A stretch of DNA of 64,000 nt from Thermoanaerobaculia bacterium (lineage in GTDB: Bacteria > Acidobacteriota > Thermoanaerobaculia > Multivoradales > J023): assembly GCA_036397835.1 (NCBI GenBank), contig DASWIG010000188.1:18964-82963 (forward strand), read 5' to 3'. Below the pieces are notes generated by a model. That model saw only the letters and a program-made list of their open reading frames with translations, made no database searches and was not told the origin of the DNA. The position numbers and the translations under genes were made by a program. Of the stretch, positions 30,301 through 35,900 are shown piece by piece. The first letter of the stretch is position 1. Every line of letters starts with the position of its first letter.

Positions 30301-31489
30301 GCCATCCTCCGGTGGGCGAGGCGGCCAACTCCTGCTCCCAGCCGGCGTCCAGGCAGAGCGTCTCGACGCCGGCCAGGGTCTCGAATCCGTCGATCCCGGA
30401 CCGCGACACCACCAGGGCGATGCCGGCACCGCGGACGGCCGACGACCTCCTTTCCGGCGGGTGCTCCGGATCCAGAGGCACAAAGGCGGCTCCCGCCTTC
30501 AGGATGGCTAGAATCCCCGCGACGGCTTCGGGCGATGGCTCGAGGCAAAGCCCTACGCAGTCCCCTCTTCCTACGCCACGGTCCCTCAACACGCTCGCAA
30601 GTCCCGTCACGAGGCGACCCAGCTCCCCATAGGTCATCTGGCCATGCTCTGAAAGGACGGCCTTGGCCTCGGGATTGGCCGCGACCCGCTCCTCGAAGTG
30701 CTGGCCCGCGCCGCGCGTTGGGGACCGCGAACGACCCCGCGGACAGACGAGCCACTTCGACGGCCGGGTCCGGGAGAGAAGCCGAAGGGCCGAGATCTCG
30801 AGCTCGGGCGCGCCCGCCATTCGTCCAAGCACGTCCTCGAGCTGCGCCGCGAAGGTCGCCACCGTCGAGTGCTTGAACAGGTCCCGGCGGTACTCCACCT
30901 CGGCCCCGAGCCCGCCCCGGCCGGCCGAGAAGGCGACCACGACCTCGCTGTGCGCTTCACGGTAGTGCTCCTCGTCGTTGACGGCGTCCAGAAGGACGCC
31001 GACGCGCAGAAGGCTCCGGGGGTTCGCCCAACCCCGATCCAAGATCTCGGGAATCTTCGCGAGAGGATACTTCTGGTGGGTAAAGGCTTCGGACAGGCTG
31101 TTCTTGACGGCGTTCAGGACCTGACGGACGGTGTGGGTAGGTGCCACACGGTCACGAATCGCCAGAATCCGGTTGAAGGCGGCAGCCTCCTCGAATCGCC
31201 GGTGGACCGCCGTACCGACGACGACGTCCTCGAGGCCGGTGTACTTGGCGAGGACGACCTTGACCGCCGAGATCAGGAAGGCCAGGGTCATGGAGGCATT
31301 GTCCGAGCACACCCGGCGCACCGCGCTTACGGTCGCGGGAGCTAGGCCCAGATCCAGGCGGCCGAAGGGTCCGGCACGGCGGCCGGTGGCCAGGTAGTCG
31401 CAAGGCAATCCGGCGGCGGACCAGTCTCCGGCAAGCTTCTGCGCCCAGTACTTCCTCTCCGTCTCCAGCTCTTCGTCGAGAAGACTCAC
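18374..31489 (-). CDS. Giant NRPS (~4370 aa from the GTG at 31489; ORF remains open to 31834): truncated-C - A - PCP - C - PCP (A-less) - Cy - A - PCP - Cy - A(Ox-embedded) - PCP - E-like
   Basis: Motifs in order. C-terminal half of a C domain only (ERKYWAQKL...LPCDY...TLAFLISAVKVVLAKYTGLEDVVVGTAVHRR, no HHxxxDG). A core LAYVIHTSGSTGQPKGV (~30190-30285). PCP FFDLGGHSLLVTRL (~29100). C domain LSFAQQRLWFL...HHIVSDGWS (~28500). PCP DDDFFMLGGHSLLATQL (27335-27380), reached only ~390 aa after HHIVSD, so there is no A domain. Cy1 FPLNDVQQAYWIGR (27121-27180) and DALIWDAWS. A core LAYVIFTSGSTGRPKGV (~25280), PCP LFDLGGNSLAAIQL (~24100). Cy2 FSLNEVQQAYWIGR (~23900) and DILLIDAWS. A core LAYVIFTSGSTGKPKGV (~22030) with an inserted Ox domain (KYRYPSAGNLYPVQTYLYV, ~20770). 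PCP FFEMGGDSIKGILF (~19940). C-terminal E-type domain (LGPVPLAPAQ..., VVHRLAADAASW, EGSRSR...TIGPFGNVFPL) and acidic tail EEFAEADFDEEDE. The first ~115 codons of the track ORF (R/G/P-rich; contains the VATQPVATQPVAV tandem-repeat translation) are judged non-coding; GTG at 31489 is the most upstream plausible start, but the real start is uncertain. Confidence 0.85.
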   Translation of the reverse strand: MSLLDEELETERKYWAQKLAGDWSAAGLPCDYLATGRRAGPFGRLDLGLAPATVSAVRRVCSDNASMTLAFLISAVKVVLAKYTGLEDVVVGTAVHRRFEEAAAFNRILAIRDRVAPTHTVRQVLNAVKNSLSEAFTHQKYPLAKIPEILDRGWANPRSLLRVGVLLDAVNDEEHYREAHSEVVVAFSAGRGGLGAEVEYRRDLFKHSTVATFAAQLEDVLGRMAGAPELEISALRLLSRTRPSKWLVCPRGRSRSPTRGAGQHFEERVAANPEAKAVLSEHGQMTYGELGRLVTGLASVLRDRGVGRGDCVGLCLEPSPEAVAGILAILKAGAAFVPLDPEHPPERRSSAVRGAGIALVVSRSGIDGFETLAGVETLCLDAGWEQELAASPTGGWPELGGADLAYVIHTSGSTGQPKGVAVSHAALANYVEWAMEVYLSGENLDFVLHSSLAFDLTVTSVLTPLAAGRAILVHPWIDGQSPFPRILSERRPSVLKLTPSHLALLTEHRREACGIRRLVVGGEALTSRLARSVHEGFGGQIEIYNEYGPTEATVGCMIHRFEPEEDDRAFVPIGRAGAGARIYLLDGALQPVAENMSGELFLAGPGLAQGYLSRPGTTAQQFVCDPFDRRGGMRMYRTGDYARLLPEGGVDFLGRMDNQVKFHGFRVELNEIRLALIRHPEIRDAAVVVTEEGAGRQVMLGYYVSRQMLDQADLRRHLKRFLIEGTIPNLFVHLRRMPLTLNGKVDTRRLPSLEEARKLLRRRHVAPASETERILAGLWAELLAVDKVGIHDSFFDLGGHSLLVTRLVSRIRVAFRAEVSLQEVFTSPTVSQLAGLIDRGNRAGRRSDLPAMEVVPREGEKPLSFAQQRLWFLDQLEPGNAVYNIPVALRMRGGLDVEALAGSLAEIVWRHETLRTVFSSREGRPIQEISAVARVSLPRVDLSGLIAAAREPEARRIAAIQSLRPFDLARGPLLRLFLLELSPDDHALILTLHHIVSDGWSMEVLTREAMTLYAARSAGRPSPLPELPIQYLDFGHWQRRWLAGQGIAADLEYWKKRLEGAPATLELTADFPRGAVQRYRGASSTRVLSTALSDRLREFSRIRGATLFMTLMSAFKALLLRYTGQQDICVGTPVSGRDRIELEGLIGFFVNTLVLRSIIAEVTSFEALVDHVRREALNGFAHQSLPFERLVEELSPRRSLSHSPLFQVMFLFASSPLREAEAQVPGLRIEPLDVAARTEKFDLTLAAAERKGRVALELGYRIDLFAATTTKRMLGHLEALVVAALSEPDRPIMELPLLSPAQRHALIVERFSGYTLPVASMIAERRPIATTPLAEERRPRTAAGLVAPRNPTEEAMAALWREVLELDELGVDDDFFMLGGHSLLATQLLDRVERRFHARLPLRVFFQASTVAGLAEEILREKALEIEPVVPEALPRVEPDPARRFEPFPLNDVQQAYWIGRQAAFELGNVATHSYLEIEAQGVEMASLESILNRLVAGHEMLRMVVLADGTQRILEHVPAYEIEVRDLRRMRTEERERELARMRSTLSHQVLATDRWPLFEVKASLLPQGRARVHLSCDALIWDAWSFRILARDYARLAADPTLRLQPPDLSFRDYVLAERQLEGSALYRRSRDYWMARLAGLPPAPELPLARAPESVERPRFLRRSASLAAPAWKRLKQRAAPCGLTSSALILAAFSEVLATWSRNPRFTLNLTLFNRLPIHPEVDSIVGDFTSLTLLEVDLRQGARFEERARAIQARLWEDLDHRYFSGVRVLRELARLEGRAPGALMPVVVTSTLTMPAVATPDRPGDERRGASGESVYSVSQTPQVWLDHQVWEQEGALRFNWDAVEELFPAGLLDAMLTAYRDLLESLAEDDLAWRASRPDLAGRMVPADAPWARVHGGAIPHAAGSGRLHEPVLAQAAVNRDRTAVVAPLRGGMEPFTELSYGELERRARILSARLRRAGAAAERPVAVVMDKGWEQVVAVLAILDSGAPYLPIDPALPRRRRAELMASAEVSVAVTQPWLAKSPEWPTAVSPLVVTEEGDQDPSSFQEPVRREPGGSGELAYVIFTSGSTGRPKGVMIEHGAALNTVLDVNERFRIGPGDRVLDLSSLSFDLSVYDVFGLLSAGGAVVLPEGAALRDPGHWAELIAARRVTVWNTVPALMEMLIEWADGRHDVDLSSLRLVLLSGDWIPVDLPDRIRAVCPRAEVVSLGGATEASIWSILYPIGKVEASWNSVPYGRAMRHQEFHVLDAFLAPRPVWVIGELFIGGVGLARGYWRDAAKTARSFVASPSGRRLYRTGDLGRFLPDGTIEFLGREDHQVKIQGHRIELGEVEAALESHPDVRSAAVVAMGPERSRRRLVAYLVPRDEPAPADSDLRSYLARRLPEYMVPATFVALATLPLTPNGKIDRRALPAPEEAAPKTRRDAGPTTPVERELTVIWQEILGRERVGAHESLFDLGGNSLAAIQLVNRVSETFGVDVPLRRLFQAPTVAGLAAAVDQMRAEQERSASLPAALPTIEPDRARRFEPFSLNEVQQAYWIGRGDAFELGNVASHGYMEIQSASLDLQRLEGAWQRLIERHDMLRAVVLADGRQRVLRDVPPYRIAVADLRGEPPAVVASELEAIRERMSHQVLPADRWPLFELRATRLEEGVRLHVSSDILLIDAWSSLILYRELMRLYQDPDAELPPLDVTFRDYVAAEAAFRDSPPYERSRRYWLDRLESLPPAPELPLARRPGTLTRPRFSRRRAVLERGRWSRLKKRAADAGLTPSGLLLAAFADGLATWSKSAEMTINVTTFNRLPLHPQVNEVVGDFTSLTLLQVDARGGKTFERFARTVQEQLWLDLEHRYFNGVSVLREWARARGRTASATMPVVFTSTLFHGEEPSQTGGPAAVGASEETVSAGQDGRSVYGISQTPQVWLDHQVSEGPEGLHFNWDAIEDLFPDGLLDAMFAAFHDLLLRLADQESTWSLRRPARVPEEQLAVLDQANATAAPAPRHLLQTPFMLRAARSPEDLAVLADGVRLSYGELARRARCLAERLRGLGVGPSRLVAVVMEKGWEQVVAVLGILEAGAAYLPIDARVPDERRQFLLENGRISVAVTQGGLTRELAWPPGVELVAVTADDPAAGTAQGSGAPPACGPRDLAYVIFTSGSTGKPKGVMIDHRGALNTVHDVNERFGIGPADRVLGLSSLSFDLSVYDVFGLLAAGGALVLPEPAAARDPERWAELIASHGVTVWNTVPALMEMLVEWASRSPGADLTSLRRVLLSGDWIPVDLPDRIRRLCPNAEVVSLGGATEASIWSILYPVREVPPSWTSIPYGRPMRNQRFHVLDQDLRTRPVWVPGELYIGGDGLALGYWRDAPTTASRFVAEPRSGERLYRTGDLGRYLPDGTIEFLGREDLQVKIQGHRIELGEVEAALEAHPLVRSAVVTAVGTRSRQRLAAYLVPEFAESRDSATAPDAASCASRLGPRGPGPGSSAAAPAASPVGPLDALGSLDFKLSEPGLRRDLDDRQGLQLLQLDADETLARGFGTRRSHREFLGETVPFSALSRLMGALGQVRLGDFPLPKYRYPSAGNLYPVQTYLYVKPAAVEDAPAGLYYHHARDHQLVLLQAGESVDRSLYGVHNQPIFDQAAFALFLIGDLRAIRPLYGESARDFCLLEAGYMSQLLMSEASGLGLGLCPIGDLAFEDLRGRLVLGDDHVLLHSHVGGRVAASAQSPRVRYPSPTFVVRAPGAGQTAEEAEAPLVSGSVDRAAWIGGVREFLRRKLPEHMVPALFVPLEKLPLSANGKVDRGALPTPDQLGQDRRETAVAPRTAVERTLARIWSEVLGVDEIGVHDNFFEMGGDSIKGILFITRAAEAGLTVSTRHVFEHQTIAALAARLCEQGQADQGTTLGPVPLAPAQVALLEEQTAPERAAHALWLEERRPHEAAAISRAVMELARRHDALRLRIERLVSGFWQVASSSRNGCPFAEIDVSSVPDGRWSGLLAAIEAQARVGFDVTRGPLLRVARVKSPADRPSRLLLVVHRLAADAASWPVLLAELDRVCRPPDTPPASPPRAAPISFRRWAEQVSRHSPSAELPESAHREASTPFLLVDHPERRSRTRGVTLRTISTHLSTELTSTLLCRVAETLRAEIEEVLLAAVLRVLARRSATPALRVDVEGSRSRRFLDLPDTTATIGPFGNVFPLRMELGADTSPTEALRRVKQRLRSLEGDGLLYGQLRYLRPQTETATRLRAEPPADVLVGFLGNLDVPGGDSAGWLAAVADGVQVLGPRGLYNRPLEVTGCVLAGRLRVDWTYNGLLFRRGTIESLAREGVAALGELIEEGAAGGSAYAPAEFSEADLSHDELERLVEEFAEADFDEEDE
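18420..19800 (-). other. E-like (epimerisation-fold) C-terminal domain with a degenerate active site
   Basis: Preceded by an E-type PCP (GGDSIKGI). Has the E-type N-terminus GPVPLAPAQ, the S-W order in HRLAADAASW (E domains: HHxxxDGxSW; C domains: HHxxxDGWS) with the second His replaced by Arg, and EGSRSR in place of EGHGRE. Confidence 0.55.
20340..20950 (-). other. FMN-dependent oxidase (Ox) domain embedded between A-domain cores A8 and A9
   Basis: Insertion in the third Cys-type A domain: ...LGDFPLPKYRYPSAGNLYPVQTYLYVKP...GLYYHHARDHQLVLL...LEAGYMSQLLMSEASGLGLGLCPIG...RLVLGDDHVLLHSHVGG (20340-20400). This matches the EpoB/BlmIII/MtaD-type Ox domains that aromatise thiazoline to thiazole. 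Confidence 0.75.
22700..23930 (-). other. Cy domain 2 of the giant NRPS
   Basis: FSLNEVQQAYWIGRGDAFELGN and VSSDILLIDAWS. Confidence 0.8.
25900..27180 (-). other. Cy domain 1 of the giant NRPS
   Basis: FPLNDVQQAYWIGRQAAFELGN and LSCDALIWDAWS (DxxxxDxxS). Confidence 0.8.
27300..29000 (-). other. A-less module: C domain (~27650-29000) followed directly by a PCP (~27300-27480)
   Basis: HHIVSDGWS at ~28500 and the PCP Ser motif at 27335-27380, separated by only ~390 aa; there is no AMP-binding core between them. Confidence 0.75.
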
Positions 31490-31824
31490 GGCGACAGGCT
31501 GTGTAGCGACAGGCTGTGTAGCGACAGACCGTGTATCGACCCCCAAGTCGTCTCCTTCATGCCTGGGCCTCCGGATACACCGACAACGTCGCCGGCCGTC
31601 CTCGTGGCCGCCGACGGACCCACGCTGACCATCAGTGGCCCCTATCCTACCCGGCCGTCTTTCCGGGCGCAAGAGCGCCCCCGGCCTCCGCGCTGAATCG
31701 GCGCCGTCGGGCGGACTCGCGCTTCGCCTTCGACGCGATCCCTGGTAGCCTTGGGCCTCCGAAGCGCTCGGCGGGCTGGGGACCCGCAGCCGGCCCTCGG
31801 GGCGCTCTGGGTTGGTAGCGCCGG
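31490..31824. promoter_or_regulatory. Divergent intergenic/promoter region between the giant NRPS operon (-) and the glycosyltransferase-like gene (+)
   Basis: ~335 nt with no credible coding frame (both overlapping track ORFs are R/P/G-rich). Contains the tandem 15-mers and a second direct repeat, TGGGCCTCCG, at 31564-31573 and 31752-31761. No -35/-10 consensus assigned. Confidence 0.5.
31492..31536. repeat. Three tandem 15-bp direct repeats: CGACAGGCTGTGTAG (31492-31506), CGACAGGCTGTGTAG (31507-31521), CGACAGACCGTGTAT (31522-31536), plus a partial fourth copy CGACCCCC
   Basis: Read directly from the sequence. Lies immediately upstream of the putative GTG start of the giant NRPS, inside the divergent intergenic region. 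Confidence 0.9.
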
Positions 31825-32895
31825 ATGCCGCCAACCGGTCCTTCGCAGGTCATGACTCTGGCGATCGTCTCCACCGTCCGCGATGCCGGCAAGGTGCTCG
31901 ATTCCTTCATTCGGTACCATGTTGCCATAGGCTTCGATCGCCTGTTCATCATCTTCGACGACCCGTGCGACCCCATGGCCGAGAGTGCCCGGAGATACCC
32001 GCAGGTCACGGCTCTCACCAACGACGACGGTCTGCGGCGGCGTTGGAAGACCCGGAGGTCCTACGCGAGGGTAGGCCCCTTCATCGACGACCACGTGATG
32101 TCCAGGCAGATCTTGAACGCCGAGGTCGCCATCGAGATGGCGCTCGAGATGGGCCTGGAGTGGATTCTCCATATCGACGTGGACGAGCTCTTCCACTCCC
32201 AAGAAGCCCCCAAGAAGCATTTCGAATCGCTGGCGGAGCGTGGCATCGACTTCGTGACTTATCCCAACCACGAAGCCGTTCCGGAAGCGTTCAAAATCGA
32301 CGATTACTTCAAGACGGTCACGCTCTTCAATAAGAACGCTTACACGCTTGAAGCCGGGCAAGCTCGCGGTCGGCGCCGCTTCCTCTACTACGGCAACGGC
32401 AAATCCGCGGCGCGCCTTTGCCGGAACCTGATGGCAAAGAGCGTTCACGAGTTCATGCTGTCTCGAGAGCGGAGCTGGGCCTACCGGAACTTCCTTCACC
32501 TCTTCTTGCCCTATCGGAAGATTCCGCTGGTCAAACCGCGGGTGTCGTTCGGCGGATCGTGGCGCAAGAGGGGGAGCGGGGGAAGCAGGGCTGCGTCGCA
32601 AGATGTCCACAAGCTGCCGGTGATCCTCCATTACGCCTGTTGCGGATTCCAGCACTTCTGGCAAAAATACAAGACCCTGGGATCGTTTCCCGACCGTTGG
32701 TTCGGCCGCGTCGAGCTTTCGCGACAGGTGCCCTTTCACGTGCAAGCGCGAAACGTCGTGATGACGCAAGGGCGGGAGGCCGCCAGAAAGCTGTACCAGG
32801 AAGTAGTCATGGCTGGCGGCGAGCAGGAAACGCGTGACCGCCTCGAGGCCGGCACCTTCTGCCGCATTGTCGAGCCCTCTCGCCTCTTGGCCTGA
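31825..32895 (+). CDS. GT-A fold glycosyltransferase-like protein (GT2/GT92-DUF23-like; DxD-type motif); low-GC gene
   Basis: 356-aa ORF with ordinary (non-low-complexity) composition; ATG at 31825 (alternative ATG at 31852 giving MTLAIVSTVRD). N-terminal LAIVSTVRDAGKVLDSFIRYHVAIGFDRLFIIFDDPCDP resembles the nucleotide-sugar-binding start of GT-A enzymes, and LEWILHIDVDELFH is a DxD-type motif. GC ~55-58% versus ~72% in the flanking megasynthases, with different codon usage (AAA, AAT, TTT, TTC and AAG codons). Confidence 0.55.
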   Translation: MPPTGPSQVMTLAIVSTVRDAGKVLDSFIRYHVAIGFDRLFIIFDDPCDPMAESARRYPQVTALTNDDGLRRRWKTRRSYARVGPFIDDHVMSRQILNAEVAIEMALEMGLEWILHIDVDELFHSQEAPKKHFESLAERGIDFVTYPNHEAVPEAFKIDDYFKTVTLFNKNAYTLEAGQARGRRRFLYYGNGKSAARLCRNLMAKSVHEFMLSRERSWAYRNFLHLFLPYRKIPLVKPRVSFGGSWRKRGSGGSRAASQDVHKLPVILHYACCGFQHFWQKYKTLGSFPDRWFGRVELSRQVPFHVQARNVVMTQGREAARKLYQEVVMAGGEQETRDRLEAGTFCRIVEPSRLLA

Positions 32896-32919
32896 GGCGG
32901 AGCCTCGTTAGGTCTACTA

Positions 32920-32950
32920 GGACGTGACTTGCGCACGCTCGGTCACGTCC
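32920..32950. terminator. Perfect 9-bp inverted repeat GGACGTGAC-(13 nt)-GTCACGTCC between convergent stop codons (32895 and 32969); candidate bidirectional terminator hairpin
   Basis: Stem 32920-32928 pairs with 32942-32950; loop 32929-32941; no U-tract. Confidence 0.45.
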
Positions 32951-32968
32951 AGCACGGGCGAAGTGCTT

Positions 32969-35900
32969 CTAGAAGGCGAAATCGTCGTCGAGCTCCTCCA
33001 CGTGGATCGGCGTCGCGAGGGCGGCCGTCTCCCGCCGCGAAAGCACGTCGAGCTTGCTCAGCCGCGCCTCGGGGGTCGCGACGATGCTCTCCAGCAGGCG
33101 CCCGAACCGGTCGAGAAGATTGCGAATCGTCATCGGGCTGAAGAGGTCCCGGCTGTACTCGAGCTCGCCACGAAGGCCGTCCGGGCTCGGCCACACGTTC
33201 ATGAGCAGGTCGAATTTGGCGCTCCGTCTCTTGATCCTGAATCCGCTGAGCTGCAGGCCTGGAAGCTGCAAGGGCACGGAAGGCGCGTTGAGCAGTGAGA
33301 ACACCACCTGGAACAGCGGGTTGTAGCTCGGATCGCGCTCTGGTTGGAGCTCTTCCACGAGCTTCTCGAAAGGCGTGTCCTGATGGCCATAGGCATCGAG
33401 CGTCGACTCGCGTATCCGCGCGAGGAACTCAGTGAAAGGCGGATCGTCGATCAGCTCCACCGGCAACAGGAGCATATTGACGAAAAAGCCGACCAGGGGC
33501 TCGACTTCGGTCCGCGTCCGGTGCGCCACGTTGGTCGCCACGACGAATCTCCGCTGTCCCGAGTGCCGCCAGAGCAGCAGGTCGAACGCCGCCAGGAGCG
33601 TCATGAAAAGCGTCGCTTGGTTCTCGCGGCTCAGGCTCTCGAGCCGCAGGGTGAGGTCTCGTGAGAGCTGAACGTTCTCGGCCGCGCCGCGAAACGACGG
33701 CACCGGCGGCCGTGGGTAGTCGGCGAGCCCGGCGAAGAGGCGCGGGATCCCCTCGAGGCGTTCACGCCAGTACTTCAGCTCACGCTCCAACACTTCTCCG
33801 CGCAGCCAGTTCCGCTGCCAGCGGGCGTAGTCGCGGTACTGGAGCGGCAGGTCAGGGAGCAGCCGAGCCGCTTCGGCGAGGCCGGCTCCTCCCTTGAAGG
33901 CAGCGTAGAGCGTCTTCAGCTCTCCCGCGATGATCGCCTGAGACCAGGCGTCCGAGACGATGTGGTGCTGAGTCAGGAGGACGACGTGAAGTCTCGCGGC
34001 GAGGCGCACCAGGGTGATGCGAACCATCGCGCCGCGGGCCAGGTCGAACGGCCTGGCGGCCTCCGACTCCGCCAGGCGGACAAGCTCGGCGTCGCGGTCC
34101 GGCTCACGGAGCGAGCTCAGGTCGGCGACGGGGAGGTAGGAAGGCCTGATGGGACCGACGACCTGCACCGGCTCGCGGCCGTCGGAGGCCTCGATGGTCG
34201 ACCGGAGCACCTCGTGGCGCCGAAGGATCTCTCTCAGGCTCGCCGCGAGAGCCGTGACGTCGAGGTGCCCCTCGAGCCGCAGCGCTCCGTTCACGTTGTA
34301 GGCCGAGCTGGCGCCCCGCAACTGGCTCAGCCACCACAACCGCTGCTGGGCGAAGGAAAGCTCTGCCGAACGGGCTGTGGGATCGGCAAGGATGGCGGGC
34401 GGCGCCGGCGCGTCGCCACGCCTCATTCGGGCGATCTCGGCGCTGAGCTCCTCCACCGTCGGGTGCTCGAAGAGCTGGCGCAAGCCCACCTCCACCCCGA
34501 GGCTCCGACGAAGCCGGGAAACCACCTGCGTGGCGAGCAGGGAATGGCCGCCAAGGTCGAAGAAGTTGTCGTGGGGGCCGAAAGGCTCGATGCCGAGCAC
34601 GTCAGCCCAGATTCCCGTCACCAGCTCCACGATGGGAGTCCGCGGAGTCGCCGGCGACACGGTCTGCGGCGTGACCTCCGGAGGCGGCAACGCCCCCCGG
34701 TCCACTTTGCCGTTGCGATTCAGGGGCATCCTTTCCAGGAAGACCAGCGCCGACGGGACCATCGGATCGGGGAGGCGCTCGCGCAGGAACCGGTTCAGCT
34801 CCTCTCGGCTCGGCGCCGCGGCGGGAGCCACCACGTAACCCGCCAGCCTCGGATTCCCGGCGCCGTCGCGGGTCAGCACGGCCAACGCTTCACGCACCGC
34901 TGGATAGGCGGCAAGAGCCGCTTCCACCTCGCCGAGCTCGACGCGGAATCCGCGGATCTTGACCTGCTGATCGGCTCGGCCCAGATACTCCAATCCGCCG
35001 TCGGCGAGACGACGGGCAAGGTCGCCGGAGCGGTACAGGCGAGCGCCGGCCCGCTTGCTCCAGGGATGGGGAACGAAGCGCGAAGCGGTCAAGCCCGGGC
35101 GGTTCAGATACCCCCGGCTCAAGCCTTCGCCGGCTACGACGATCTCCCCCGTGACCCCAAGGGGAAGCACGGCCAGCGCCGCGGAGACGAGATGGACCTC
35201 GAGGTCCGGAAGCGGCCCGCCGATAAGACTTCCGCCGACTCTCCTGGCGGTGTGAGCCCGCCTGATCGGCAGCACCGTGACGTGCACGGTCGTCTCGGTG
35301 ATGCCGTACATGTTCACCAGCACGGGGCTCGACTCCCCGTGCCGATCGAGCCACGGGCGAAGTGAGCCAAGATCCAGGGCCTCGCCTCCGAAGATCACCC
35401 GCCGCAGAGCCAGCGCTCCGGGCTCGGCGACGTCGCGAAGGCTGCGAAAGGCCGAAGGAGTCTGATTGAGCACGCACACGCGTTCTCGCACCACGAGAGA
35501 ACAAAGCTCCTCGTGGGAGCGACTCGTCCAATACGGCACCACCACCAGGCGGCCGCCGTGAAGGAGAGCCCCCCACAGCTCCCAGACCGAGAAGTCGAAA
35601 GCGTAAGAGTGAAAAAGGGTCCAAGTGTCGCCGGAATGGAAGCCGAACCAGGGCCGCGTGGTCTCGAAGAGCCGCACGACGTTGTGGTGGGTCACCACCA
35701 CGCCCTTCGGTTCACCCGTGGAGCCCGAGGTGTAGATCACGTAGGCGGCCCGATGCGACTTGGGCGAGGTGTCCGGCCGGCACCTGTCAGGCTCTGCCGC
35801 GGGCCATCGGTGATCGAGATGGATCCTGCGCACACCGCTTTCCGACAGCTTCGGCGCGAGGGCGTCGGTCGTCAGCAACGCGGCGATGCCGGAGTCCTCG

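Noticed and set aside
31492-31536. Possible CRISPR-like array
   Set aside because: Only ~3 contiguous 15-bp units with no spacers; far too short and lacking the repeat-spacer architecture of a CRISPR array.
31490-31834. N-terminal 115 codons of the track ORF 18374..31834 (MAASGATNPERPEGRLRVPSPPSASEAQGYQGSRRRR...VATQPVATQPVAV)
   Set aside because: R/G/P-rich, non-protein-like, and it runs through the tandem 15-bp repeats. It was treated as 5' UTR/promoter; the coding start was placed at the GTG at 31489 or later.
31642-32769. 375-aa minus-strand ORF overlapping the glycosyltransferase-like gene
   Set aside because: Antisense to a plus-strand ORF with a coherent GT-A-like sequence; its own translation is low-complexity (R/P/G-rich) and overlaps the intergenic region.
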